Assembly: GCA_043744275.1 (NCBI GenBank)
Contig: JAYTUY010000012.1
Location: forward strand, 5,403-69,402
DNA: 64,000 nucleotides
Direction: 5' to 3'
Source: Saprospiraceae bacterium
Lineage (GTDB): Bacteria > Bacteroidota > Bacteroidia > Chitinophagales > Saprospiraceae
The notes beneath the pieces were generated by a model. The model was not told where the DNA came from. It saw only the letters and a program-made list of their open reading frames with translations, and searched no databases. Numbering within the stretch: the stretch's first letter is position 1; the number at the start of each line of letters is the position of its first letter. Position numbers and translations under genes: made by a program. Positions 49,334 to 59,380 of this stretch are shown here, one piece after another.

Positions 49334-50002
49334 TTAAAATTTTCTAACCTTTCCTAAATCTGATATACGCGAAGATACTGAGGGGTCACCTTTATAAACC
49401 AAATTGCCAATATCAGAGACGCTGACGTCTAATTTATTTTTCACATTCACCTGCCCCGAACCTTTATCTGAAATAACAATATTGACAGTATCCGTCGGCA
49501 AACCGAACGCCCGAATATCGCCCAAATCGGAGACTTTTATTTGCATTTTTTTAGCAGTACCTTGTAAAAATATATCGCCCGCGTCGTTGATATTAATGCC
49601 TAATTCATCAAAATTATAGTTGCCAATAGTGCTGATATGGCTACTGCCACTGGCTTTCAGATGGGTCAAACGCGGCATTATCAGTGTCACTTCGCCGTTA
49701 GAATGGTTGACCCAATGATTGGTATAATTAAAAACAGCGTCTGAATATTTAATAATCAAAGTGTTATTGACGACCTGCGTTTCAAGTTGAGGCAACAGAT
49801 TTTCATAATCTTTAACAACTATTTTAAGCGAATCGCCTTGTTTAATTTTTACATCAATAGCCCCTTTTACTTCAATTTTGCTGAAATTGCCTACAAAAGT
49901 TCTATTTTCTGTTAAAATGAGACCCGTTCCGACGACATCTTCTTTGTTACAGCCGCTTAAAAGTAATAAAAACATGACAGGGAAAACATAATTTTTTTTC
50001 AT
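49334..50002 (-). CDS. DUF2807 / head GIN domain lipoprotein
   Basis: Lipobox LLLSGC and a repetitive beta-helix-like G-D/S-I pattern. It lies 14 nt upstream of the sigma factor gene. Confidence 0.6.
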   Translation of the reverse strand: MKKNYVFPVMFLLLLSGCNKEDVVGTGLILTENRTFVGNFSKIEVKGAIDVKIKQGDSLKIVVKDYENLLPQLETQVVNNTLIIKYSDAVFNYTNHWVNHSNGEVTLIMPRLTHLKASGSSHISTIGNYNFDELGININDAGDIFLQGTAKKMQIKVSDLGDIRAFGLPTDTVNIVISDKGSGQVNVKNKLDVSVSDIGNLVYKGDPSVSSRISDLGKVRKF

Positions 50003-50194
50003 GATTGTCCTAAATTTTTGGTGATTTCTTAATTTTTAATTTCATTCTTAGATAGGACAATTGAGGAGGAGGTTACCCCTACGTTATATTTTGTATCGGG
50101 GAACTCCAGTTCCGACTCCAGAGGTAAAAAGGTATAATATAGAAAAGAAAAAATCAATTGTTCCGAATATTCTAATTTAAGAAAAAAAATACGC

Positions 50195-50264
50195 GACAAT
50201 TCGCGACATTTGTAAGACAAAATTTGTATTTAAAAGACAATTCGCGACATTTTAAAGACAAAAT
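50195..50264. repeat. two 29-bp direct repeats GACAATTCGCGACATTT..AAGACAAAAT (27/29 identical, period 41 bp)
   Basis: Copies at 50195-50223 and 50236-50264, in the region upstream of the DUF2807-sigma-FecR-STN gene string. Confidence 0.7.
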
Positions 50265-50300
50265 GGGAGGAAAAATCGAAACTGGAGTTTGGCACTACGA

Positions 50301-51734
50301 CTATATAAGTTGCATAAAATATTTAGCAAAAGCCATCAATTCGCTCTCTTCCCATTTATCAGCCATAAATTGCAGACCAATTGGCAACCCCTCAGTATTT
50401 TGACCAATCGGCACAGCAATGCCTGGAATGCCGACCATATTCGCTTGCACCGTGAAAATATCGGCTAAATACATCGCCACAGGATCATCAGATTTTTCGC
50501 CGATTTTCCAAGCAGGGGTAGGGGCAGCGGGCATGAGGATAAAATCATATTCCTTGAAAATATCGAAAGTTCTTTCAGCTATCAATCGCCTCACTTTTTG
50601 CGCTTTGGTATAATAGGCGTCGTAATAACCCGAGCTTAAAACAAACGTGCCGAGCATAATCCGCCGCTTCACTTCCTCGCTGAACCCCTCAGTACGAGAG
50701 CGTTTGTAGGTCTCCTCCAAGGTCGTTACGCCTTCGGCTCTATGCCCGTAGCGAATGCCATCGAAACGGCTCAAATTCGTAGATGCTTCAGCAGTCGTGA
50801 GCACATAATAGGCAGGAATAATATAGTCCAAATATTCAAAATCAACGGCTTCGACGGTATGCCCTTGACCCCTCAGTATATCAATGCTTTTTTGTATTTT
50901 TTCATACACTTCTTTATCTAAACCATTGGGATTCAAGGCTTTATCAAAATAAGCGATTTTATATTCTTTTTTAAAATTATTGACTTTATCAGCATATTTA
51001 TCAACAGGTTTTTGACTGGCGGTGGCATCAAATTCATCGCTTCCAGCCATGATTTCGAGGAACAATGCCGCATCATCCACCGAATGACTGACCACCCCAA
51101 TTTGATCAAAAGAAGACCCATAAGCCAATAAACCATGCCTTGAAATGCGTCCGTAAGTCGGCTTCATACCTACTACGCCGCACCACGCCGCTGGCTGACG
51201 CACCGAGCCGCCCGTGTCTGAACCCAATGCCACCAAGCAAGTATCTGCTTGCACCGCCACTGCCGCGCCACCCGACGAACCGCCTGCCACACGCGTTTCG
51301 TCCGCCGCATTGTGCACCACGCCATACACGGAGTTGGTATTGTCGCTGCCCATAGCAAATTGGTCGCAATTGGTGCGCCCGATGATGATGACGTCTTCAG
51401 CTAAAAGCCGTTCCAAAGCCGTAGCCGTAAACATACTTTTGAACCCCCTCAGTATTTTACTCGCTGCGGTGACTTCATGACCCGCATAGCAAATCACATC
51501 TTTTATAGAAATGACCGCCCCGAACAACCGCCCCATGCGCTCAGGATGATGGCGAAATTTTTTATCCAATTCGATGGCTCTTTCCACCACTTCATCTGTA
51601 AATACTTCGATATAAGCATTGAGCCGTTGCGTATCTTCAATTTGGCGCAAGTAATATTCCGCCACCTGAAGTATGCTCGTTTGACCGTTTCGGATGTCAG
51701 TTTGTATCTGAGAAAGCGTTGAATATTTTGCCAT
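50301..51734 (-). CDS. gatA: Asp-tRNA(Asn)/Glu-tRNA(Gln) amidotransferase subunit A
   Basis: Amidase signature GGSSGGAAVAV. I chose the start at MAKYSTLSQI; the ORF track extends it to 51782. Confidence 0.9.
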   Translation of the reverse strand: MAKYSTLSQIQTDIRNGQTSILQVAEYYLRQIEDTQRLNAYIEVFTDEVVERAIELDKKFRHHPERMGRLFGAVISIKDVICYAGHEVTAASKILRGFKSMFTATALERLLAEDVIIIGRTNCDQFAMGSDNTNSVYGVVHNAADETRVAGGSSGGAAVAVQADTCLVALGSDTGGSVRQPAAWCGVVGMKPTYGRISRHGLLAYGSSFDQIGVVSHSVDDAALFLEIMAGSDEFDATASQKPVDKYADKVNNFKKEYKIAYFDKALNPNGLDKEVYEKIQKSIDILRGQGHTVEAVDFEYLDYIIPAYYVLTTAEASTNLSRFDGIRYGHRAEGVTTLEETYKRSRTEGFSEEVKRRIMLGTFVLSSGYYDAYYTKAQKVRRLIAERTFDIFKEYDFILMPAAPTPAWKIGEKSDDPVAMYLADIFTVQANMVGIPGIAVPIGQNTEGLPIGLQFMADKWEESELMAFAKYFMQLI

Positions 51735-51826
51735 AAAAGAAGATATTATACCAAAGGTATCCCTTCGGGAGAAAATAGACATTAGATTTTAGATACTTAA
51801 AGTATTGATAATCAATTATTTGCACA

Positions 51827-52707
<881 letters not shown>

Positions 52708-52823
52708 TTCAAAAGGGATTTTAGAATTTTAAAAGAATATCAATTTTAGTGCAAAGCTAAAAATTTGAATAGGATTTTCATAAAACACAAGGCAATGAGT
52801 GTTTTTAGTGTAAAATTTAGACT

Positions 52824-52831
52824 TACCTTTG
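52824..52831 (+). promoter_or_regulatory. -7 box TACCTTTG, about 295 nt upstream of aspS
   Basis: Matches TAnnTTTG. If used, it would place the nested palindrome in the aspS leader. Confidence 0.35.
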
Positions 52832-52907
52832 CAACTCTTATTTTGAAAATGGGGTAAAAGTGATGTAAATACTGAGGGGGTGTCTATTATAAGTTCTTAA
52901 AAATAGA

Positions 52908-53071
52908 GAGTCCAGCGGACTCTTACGTTTGTAGGGATATTAATGAACAAGTTCTCCCGAGTCCATCGGACTCGCACATAATACGTTACACACATAATAT
53001 TATGTGCGAGTCCGCTGGACTCGTAAAAAAGTATTTTATTTTTGCTACAAACGTAAGAGTCCGCTGGACTC
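52908..53071. repeat. 164-bp nested palindrome with four GAGTCCNNNGGACTC mini-hairpins
   Basis: The outer 27-bp arms (52908-52934 and 53045-53071) are perfect. The inner 25-bp arms (52959-52983 and 52998-53022) have 1 mismatch. Confidence 0.85.
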
Positions 53072-53126
53072 CATTGCGTAGTGCTTAAAATTAGACAATC
53101 AGATTTTAATAAAAATTAAAAATAAT

Positions 53127-54887
53127 ATGTACAGAACGCACAATTGTGGCGCATTACGCCTTTCGGATGCTGGAAAAGAAGTAACATTGAGTGCTTGGGT
53201 GGATGCTACCCGCGCTTTCGGACCCATGACTTTCGTGGATTTGCGCGACCGCTACGGCATCACGCAAGTCGTTTTTGAAAATAACGAAACGCTGAATAAG
53301 CAAGCGGCGAGCCTCGGACGTGAATATGTCATCAAAGTGGTTGGCACGGTGCGTGAGCGGACAGCGAAAAATCCGAACCGCCCGACAGGCGATATTGAAG
53401 TCGTGGCGGCTACGCTCGAGGTTTTGAACGTTTCAAAAACACCTCCTTTCACCATTAAAGATGATACGGACGGCGGCGACGATATTCGCATGAAATATCG
53501 TTACTTGGATTTGCGGCGGGCGGCTGTGCAGAAAAATCTATTTTTCCGTTCGCAAGTGGCTATTGAGGTGCGTAAATATTTGAGCGGTGAAGATTTTATT
53601 GAAGTCGAAACGCCTAATTTGATTAAATCTACGCCCGAAGGTGCAAGGGATTTCGTGGTGCCAAGCCGCATGAATGCAGGGCAATTTTATGCTTTGCCGC
53701 AATCGCCTCAGACGTTTAAGCAGCTACTGATGGTGTCTGGTTTTGATAAATATTTTCAAATCGTGAAATGTTTTAGGGATGAAGATTTACGAGCAGACCG
53801 TCAACCTGAGTTCACTCAGATAGATTGCGAAATGTCGTTCGTAACGCAAGAAGATATTTTGAACACCTTTGAAGGTTTGACAAAACACGTTTTCAAAACG
53901 GCTTTGAATGTTGATTTGCCTGCATTCCCACGCATGACATATGATGAGGCGGCGAAGCGTTATGGCTCGGATAAGCCAGATATTCGCTTCGGAATGGAGT
54001 TTATGGAGCTGAATGATGTGGCTAAAAATAAAGGCTTTTCCGTATTTGATTCGGCTGAATTAATCGTCGGTATTTGCGCTGAAGGCGTGGCTTCTACTTA
54101 CACCAATAAAACGTTGGGTGAATTGACGGATTTCGTAAAACGCCCTCAAATCGGTGCTAAAGGCATGATTTATGTCAAATTTGAAGAAGATGGTACAGTG
54201 AAATCGCCTATTTCTAAATTTTATTCAGATGAAGATTTGAGAGCTTGGGGTGAAAGATTTGGTGCTAAAAATGGTGACGTGTTGTTCATTTTAAGTGGTG
54301 AAACGGATAAAACTCGTAAGCAACTCAGTGAATTGCGCTTAGAAATTGGTTCGCGCAAAGGCTTGCGTGACCCCTCAGTATTTAAGCCATTATGGGTCGT
54401 AGATTTTCCATTGTTGGAATGGGACGAGGAGACGCAACGCTTTTATGCGATGCACCATCCGTTCACATCGCCTAAGCGTGAGCAAATCCCTTCGATGCTC
54501 AATGGTGACCATGAAACGATGAAAAACTTGCGGGCGGATGCTTATGATTTAGTCCTGAATGGTGTTGAAATCGGCGGCGGTTCTATCCGTATTTATGACC
54601 GTGAATTGCAGTCTAAAAACTTCACTTTGCTCGGCATGACGGAGGAAGAAGCAGAAGCCAAATTCGGTTTCTTACTGGGAGCGTTTGAATTTGGTGCGCC
54701 ACCTCATGGCGGCATTGCTTTTGGTTTCGATCGCTTGTGTGCGGTGATGTCGGGTAGCAATTCGATTCGCGATTTTATTGCTTTCCCTAAAAACAATCAA
54801 GGGCGCGATATTATGATAGATGCACCTTCCGTGATTGATGATAAGCAATTGGAAGAGTTGAGCATTGCCGTTCATATTGAAGCATAA
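53127..54887 (+). CDS. aspS: aspartate--tRNA ligase
   Basis: Class IIb motifs [18 protein letters not shown] and [10 protein letters not shown], with an OB-fold N-terminus. Confidence 0.95.
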   Translation: MYRTHNCGALRLSDAGKEVTLSAWVDATRAFGPMTFVDLRDRYGITQVVFENNETLNKQAASLGREYVIKVVGTVRERTAKNPNRPTGDIEVVAATLEVLNVSKTPPFTIKDDTDGGDDIRMKYRYLDLRRAAVQKNLFFRSQVAIEVRKYLSGEDFIEVETPNLIKSTPEGARDFVVPSRMNAGQFYALPQSPQTFKQLLMVSGFDKYFQIVKCFRDEDLRADRQPEFTQIDCEMSFVTQEDILNTFEGLTKHVFKTALNVDLPAFPRMTYDEAAKRYGSDKPDIRFGMEFMELNDVAKNKGFSVFDSAELIVGICAEGVASTYTNKTLGELTDFVKRPQIGAKGMIYVKFEEDGTVKSPISKFYSDEDLRAWGERFGAKNGDVLFILSGETDKTRKQLSELRLEIGSRKGLRDPSVFKPLWVVDFPLLEWDEETQRFYAMHHPFTSPKREQIPSMLNGDHETMKNLRADAYDLVLNGVEIGGGSIRIYDRELQSKNFTLLGMTEEEAEAKFGFLLGAFEFGAPPHGGIAFGFDRLCAVMSGSNSIRDFIAFPKNNQGRDIMIDAPSVIDDKQLEELSIAVHIEA

Positions 54888-55005
54888 AACATTGATTTTG
54901 AATACTTTAAAAGCCGTTTCGATATGTCGTGGCGGCTTTTTTAACACCCCCTCAGTAAAAACAAGAAAATTTCTTAATTTTCTTGAAAAATTGTATATTT
55001 GAGTT

Positions 55006-55438
55006 ATGATGACATTACTCAGCGAAAACGACCGATTTATTCCTTTCACGTCCGACTATGGTTTTAAAGTAACCTTCAGATTTAGAAAAATTAATTTTTA
55101 CAATGAAAATGCTCAACGTCATAGATGAACCTACTCAATATCCACAATTTTGGACAGAGGAATGGTTGAAAATTGCGCTCCATGAATTGGATACGCGCTA
55201 CATGACCCCTGAAAAAAGAGCGGCATTTGAAATTATAGTAGCCAATAATGCTTACGCTGTTCGATTGGAAAATGAAAGAGTTGCTAAGGCAGAGGCAGCA
55301 GCTAAAATAAAAGGCATGGCTGAGGGGAAAGCTGAAAGTAATATTACATTTGCTCGTTTAATGAAATTGAATGGTGAGCCTATAGAAAAAATTAAAACCT
55401 ATACAGGCTTAAACGAAGATGAAATTAATGCACTATGA
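55006..55438 (+). pseudogene. internally deleted remnant of an Rpn/PD-(D/E)XK-family putative transposase gene
   Basis: A 40-aa ORF (RFIPFTSDYGFKVTF, a typical family N-terminus) abuts, in another frame, a 111-aa ORF that resembles the family C-terminus (...TYTGLNEDEINAL). The nuclease core is missing. Confidence 0.5.
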
Positions 55439-55500
55439 AATATATCTGATTCTAAAATGACATATAGATTTGGTGTAAAAACATGAAAATACTGAGGGGG

Positions 55501-55716
55501 TCAACCAAAAAATGCATCTCTATGCCGCTTGATATAACGGCGAATATTCACCCAAAAGGCGAGGATAAGATAGAAAATAACGGGCGAGCCGAGCGTGACG
55601 AACGAAGCATAAATAAAATACAAACGCACGCGCGACGAAGCAATATTCATTTTTTCTCCCAAATAACTACACACGCCAAAAGTCGAGCGTTCTACAATAT
55701 CTTTTATTCCATTCAT
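55501..55716 (-). CDS. PspC domain-containing membrane protein
   Basis: FGVCSYLGEKMNIASSRVRLYFIY followed by a TM segment. The overlapping plus-strand ORF 55483-55731 was rejected. Confidence 0.7.
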   Translation of the reverse strand: MNGIKDIVERSTFGVCSYLGEKMNIASSRVRLYFIYASFVTLGSPVIFYLILAFWVNIRRYIKRHRDAFFG

Positions 55717-55804
55717 TTTATATTATTTTGATATGACAAAGCTAAAGAAAAAATTTTAAAAAAACAAAGCTCGCAAGGAACAATCCTTACGAGCTTTTGA
55801 TTTT

Positions 55805-57382
55805 TTATCCTAATCGAATCTCATCTTCATGATCATCGAAAAATTTAAACATCGTGAGTGGATATTCAGGTTCGGGCACCATCGTAATCCAACGTTGATA
55901 TTTGAAATACCACTTCCATACTTTATTTGGGAAGCCTTTTTTCAAATATGCTTCTACAAAAGGGTGTACATGTAGGAACAATTTACCTTTCGGACGAGAC
56001 AATAGGATAAAGTCGAGGTCTCTATCAATATCATCCGTCAACAAAACGGTTGGTTGTACCTTGCCTGTGCCGTTGCAAGATGGGCAAATTTCAGCCGTAT
56101 TAATTTTCAATTCAGGTCGAACGCGTTGGCGTGTAATCTGCATTAAGCCGAATTTACTGAGGGGTAGTATGGTGTGCTGCGCACGATCCTTGACCATAAA
56201 GTTCTTCATCACATTTTGAAGTTCTTTCTTATGCTCAGGGTCTTTCATATCAATGAAATCCACAATAATAATACCGCCCAAATCGCGTAAACGCAACTGC
56301 CGGGCAATCTCCTCAGCTGCTTCTACATTGACAGCCAAAATAGCATCGTCGCTGGATTGCGAACCGACTTTATGACCGCTGTTGACATCTACCACGTGCA
56401 TGGCTTCAGTATGCTCGATAATAAGATACGCGCCGCTCGGCATCGTTGCTGCCTTGCCAAATGAGGCTTTTATTTGACGATGAACGCCATGATGGTCAAA
56501 AATATGCTTCGCTCCTTTGTATTGCTGAACAATTTTTATTTGATCAGGTGCAAAACCTGCAAGAAAATTTTTGACACCTTCGTAAGTGTCTTTGTCGTCA
56601 GCAATTACGCGCGTAAACGTATCGTTCAGCAAATCGCGCAATATACTGGTTGTTTTGTCAAGCTCGCTGAGGAGCTTGGTAGGCGGCGTTGCCTGTTTGA
56701 GTTGCAAAAAGATTTTCTCCCATTTGGAGGTCATTTGCAACATCTCTTCGTGCAGCTCTGCCGTTTTTTTACCTTCGGCAGCCGTGCGCACGATGACGCC
56801 AAAATTCTTAGGTTTGATACTCTCCGCTATATTTTGAAGCCTTTTTCGCTCTTCAGAACTGGAAATTTTCTTCGATACTGCTATCACATCCGTGAAAGGA
56901 GTGAGTACAAGAAACCGACCTGGGATAGTGATTTCACAACTCAACCTTGGTCCTTTCGTTCCGATAGGTTCTTTCAGAATCTGCACCAATATATGTTGGC
57001 GTTTTGCCAGCACTTGGTCCACTTTACCGTTTTTGTTTATATCCGGTTCGATTCTAAAATTGTCGAGATTAGCAGTATTGTAGCCATTAGAGAGAACACC
57101 ATCGGTATATTTGAGGACATTTTTGAGTTTTGGTCCCATGTCAGTATAATGCAAAAAAGCATCTTTCTTATGACCAATGTCCACGAATGCAGCGTTCAAC
57201 CCGGGCATCAATTTTCTGATTTTGCCGATAAAAATATCGCCAACGGCAAAATCATTGCTAATTTCTTCGTGATGCAGTTCAACTAATTTTCCGTCTTCGA
57301 GAAGTGCGATTTCAACCTCAGTAGGCGTAGAGTGGATAACAAGTTCTTTTTCCACAATCGTACTGGTTTGACTGATGGGCAA
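55805..57382 (-). CDS. rng: Rne/Rng family ribonuclease (RNase G-like)
   Basis: S1 domain VGDIFIGKIRKLMPGLNAAFVDIG, catalytic IIIVDFIDM, and a CPSCNGTG zinc-link. The TTG start at 57382 is uncertain; GTG 57355 is possible. Confidence 0.85.
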   Translation of the reverse strand: MPISQTSTIVEKELVIHSTPTEVEIALLEDGKLVELHHEEISNDFAVGDIFIGKIRKLMPGLNAAFVDIGHKKDAFLHYTDMGPKLKNVLKYTDGVLSNGYNTANLDNFRIEPDINKNGKVDQVLAKRQHILVQILKEPIGTKGPRLSCEITIPGRFLVLTPFTDVIAVSKKISSSEERKRLQNIAESIKPKNFGVIVRTAAEGKKTAELHEEMLQMTSKWEKIFLQLKQATPPTKLLSELDKTTSILRDLLNDTFTRVIADDKDTYEGVKNFLAGFAPDQIKIVQQYKGAKHIFDHHGVHRQIKASFGKAATMPSGAYLIIEHTEAMHVVDVNSGHKVGSQSSDDAILAVNVEAAEEIARQLRLRDLGGIIIVDFIDMKDPEHKKELQNVMKNFMVKDRAQHTILPLSKFGLMQITRQRVRPELKINTAEICPSCNGTGKVQPTVLLTDDIDRDLDFILLSRPKGKLFLHVHPFVEAYLKKGFPNKVWKWYFKYQRWITMVPEPEYPLTMFKFFDDHEDEIRLG

Positions 57383-57657
57383 TGCAGGGGCAAAGAGAGC
57401 TTGCCAGAGGGGAAGTTTTTAATTGTCGAGTTCAGAGTTAGAAGTCAGAACATTAATTTGCCTTTTGATTACATTAAGTTGGTATTATTTAAAACAAGGC
57501 TTTTAATAATTCTGAAAAGTAAGGGTTTTAAGTAAAGATTTGACTAAAATCATGGGATGGAACAAGGTTAAACTTTAAAAGGGCGTTTGGGTTAGAAACG
57601 AGTCAAATCTAAATTTTGATGTTACCATTTCAGACAAGTTCCCCGAATATCTTTAGG

Positions 57658-57817
57658 CTTTGAGGTTGAAAAAAGAGGGAACAAGCCGAAATATAACAGA
57701 CCCCTAATACTGAAAGGAACGCCGAAAGACGATTTTCTTCCGACATTCCTTTGAATTTCTTTTGATTTTGTCACAAATCAACTCTGACTTGAAGTAAAAA
57801 ACACCCCGACCTCAAAG
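57658..57817 (-). promoter_or_regulatory. candidate structured RNA element between the bS22-like ORF and rng
   Basis: The long-range 9-bp pairing CTTTGAGGT/ACCTCAAAG encloses at least two hairpins. One has G-U pairs that only work in the minus-strand transcript. Confidence 0.3.
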
Positions 57818-57864
57818 CTATTGCCTCTTATCTTGCAAACGCTCATCAGGGTTAGAAAATCAGA

Positions 57865-57957
57865 TTACTTCTTCTTCTTGTGACGATTCTTACGCAATCT
57901 CTTCTTACGCTTGTGCGTCGCTATTTTATGACGCTTCCGTTTTTTTCCACAAGGCAT
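57865..57957 (-). CDS. 30-aa highly basic protein, bS22-like (AURKAIP1/COX24-type) small ribosomal protein candidate
   Basis: My manual translation is MPCGKKRKRHKIATHKRKKRLRKNRHKKKK. It resembles the small basic peptide conserved in Bacteroidota (recalled from memory). Confidence 0.6.
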   Translation of the reverse strand: MPCGKKRKRHKIATHKRKKRLRKNRHKKKK

Positions 57958-58050
57958 GTGTTCTATCTTTTAATGAATGAAAAATATTATTTAGCTAAAT
58001 ACATTTTTGTAATATTAAAAATGTATTATAAGCATTTTCAAATTGAAGCG

Positions 58051-58058
58051 CAAAGGTA
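58051..58058 (-). promoter_or_regulatory. -7 box TACCTTTG (minus strand) upstream of the bS22-like ORF
   Basis: Matches TAnnTTTG, about 95 nt before ATG 57957. Confidence 0.4.
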
Positions 58059-58145
58059 AAAATTAAAATGACAATTTTAACTAAAAAAAGTCTTTTCTAA
58101 TAAAAAACTCATTTTATCCCATTCATCAAGGCTTATACTGAGGGG

Positions 58146-58919
58146 TCATAAACTTTCACATTTCTTCATCATCTCAGATGCTTTAGCATTTTGACTACCT
58201 GCATAAGCATCGGCTAATAGACAAACGGCTTTTTTATTGTTCGGCTCTTTTGTCAAAACGGATTCTAAGCGCACGATGGCTCTATCAAATTGCCCTGTTT
58301 TGATAGCCAAACGAGCTAATTGCAAATTGACAGCTATATTGTCGGGATTTTCTTTATCCAAATCTCGAAGCAACAGAATACCTTTCATGGGGTTGTCCTG
58401 CGGTGGATTTTCAGTATAACATAAAGCCAAATTTATTTTATTATCTAATTTAGTGGGATTAATCGAAATAGCATTTTGAAAAGCATTCACTGCTCGCTGT
58501 GTACAAAAATTCCGCATCTGCTTATCCTCATTTTGAGTGATGGCTAAATGATAATTGGCTCCTGCAATGCTCCAAGCCTCCTCCGTTTTTTCAAAATCCG
58601 CTATTTGTTCGGCATACCACGCCGCTATTTCATCATGCTTAGCATCGTGCCAAGCACCTGAAAGTTGCTTCAAAATATTGATTGAATCGCTGCTTTTTGT
58701 AGGTGATTGAGCCATTATTGATTGAATACTCATCTTTTGTGCAGCGTCGAGTGAGGCTAAAGTGGTTTCAGCATGGCTTTTAATATCTAAAGCTTCGGTG
58801 GTAAGAGCGCGAGATTGAGCGATGGCTTTTTGCTCTGTGGTTTTGGTGTCGCAGCCAAAATAGAGGATAAAAAATAGGGCAATCGCCGAGCCGACGACAA
58901 TGAGTTGTTGTTTGTTCAT
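58146..58919 (-). CDS. membrane-anchored TPR-repeat protein
   Basis: N-terminal TM segment and TPR-like helical repeats in the C-terminal half. Confidence 0.6.
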   Translation of the reverse strand: MNKQQLIVVGSAIALFFILYFGCDTKTTEQKAIAQSRALTTEALDIKSHAETTLASLDAAQKMSIQSIMAQSPTKSSDSINILKQLSGAWHDAKHDEIAAWYAEQIADFEKTEEAWSIAGANYHLAITQNEDKQMRNFCTQRAVNAFQNAISINPTKLDNKINLALCYTENPPQDNPMKGILLLRDLDKENPDNIAVNLQLARLAIKTGQFDRAIVRLESVLTKEPNNKKAVCLLADAYAGSQNAKASEMMKKCESL

Positions 58920-59065
58920 TGTAAATTAAAACTAAATTTTCAAAATGCTCTGTAAACTATGCCAGTAGTTTTAGGGCACTTTTGGTCATACTAAAAACAA
59001 ATATTGGGATATCGAAACGTGATGTTATTTCAATATCCCAATAAAGAGCCTTAATCTGAGTGTCT

Positions 59066-59380
59066 TTAATCGTCAGCGCCTTCGTCGCTTGGCAATGAAT
59101 TCACCTTGCTTTTCACATGCTCAGTAAATACTTTTGCAGGTTTGAAAGAAGGAATGAAATGCTCAGGAATCTGAACTGTTTTGCCACGTTTGATATTCCG
59201 ACCCATTTTAGGTGCGCGGCGTTTGATGACGAAAGACCCGAAACCGCGAATATAAACATTTTCTCCACTGCCCATCGTGTCACGTACTTCGTTGAAGAAC
59301 GTTTCAAGTGTTACCAATACATCTACTTTGGCGAGTCCGGTTTTCTCAGAAATTGCTGTTACAATGTCAGCTTTTCTCAT
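59066..59380 (-). CDS. HU/IHF family DNA-binding protein
   Basis: MRKADIVTAISEKTGL...RGFGSF...R.GRN..TG pattern of the HU/IHF fold. Confidence 0.85.
   Translation of the reverse strand: MRKADIVTAISEKTGLAKVDVLVTLETFFNEVRDTMGSGENVYIRGFGSFVIKRRAPKMGRNIKRGKTVQIPEHFIPSFKPAKVFTEHVKSKVNSLPSDEGADD

Noticed and set aside
51106-51480. A cluster of five overlapping 60-90-aa ORFs on both strands lies inside gatA.
   Set aside because: The locally GC-rich amidase-signature region lacks stop codons in several frames. All are shadows of gatA.
55483-55731. An 82-aa plus-strand ORF overlaps the 71-aa minus-strand ORF.
   Set aside because: The minus-strand product has a clear PspC-domain pattern and a TM helix. 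The plus-strand product is basic and featureless.
56474-57286. A 270-aa plus-strand ORF, with several shorter ones, lies opposite the RNase G gene.
   Set aside because: It lies entirely antisense to a well-supported CDS with clear S1 and catalytic motifs. Its translation is low-complexity with no recognisable family. I judge it a shadow ORF.
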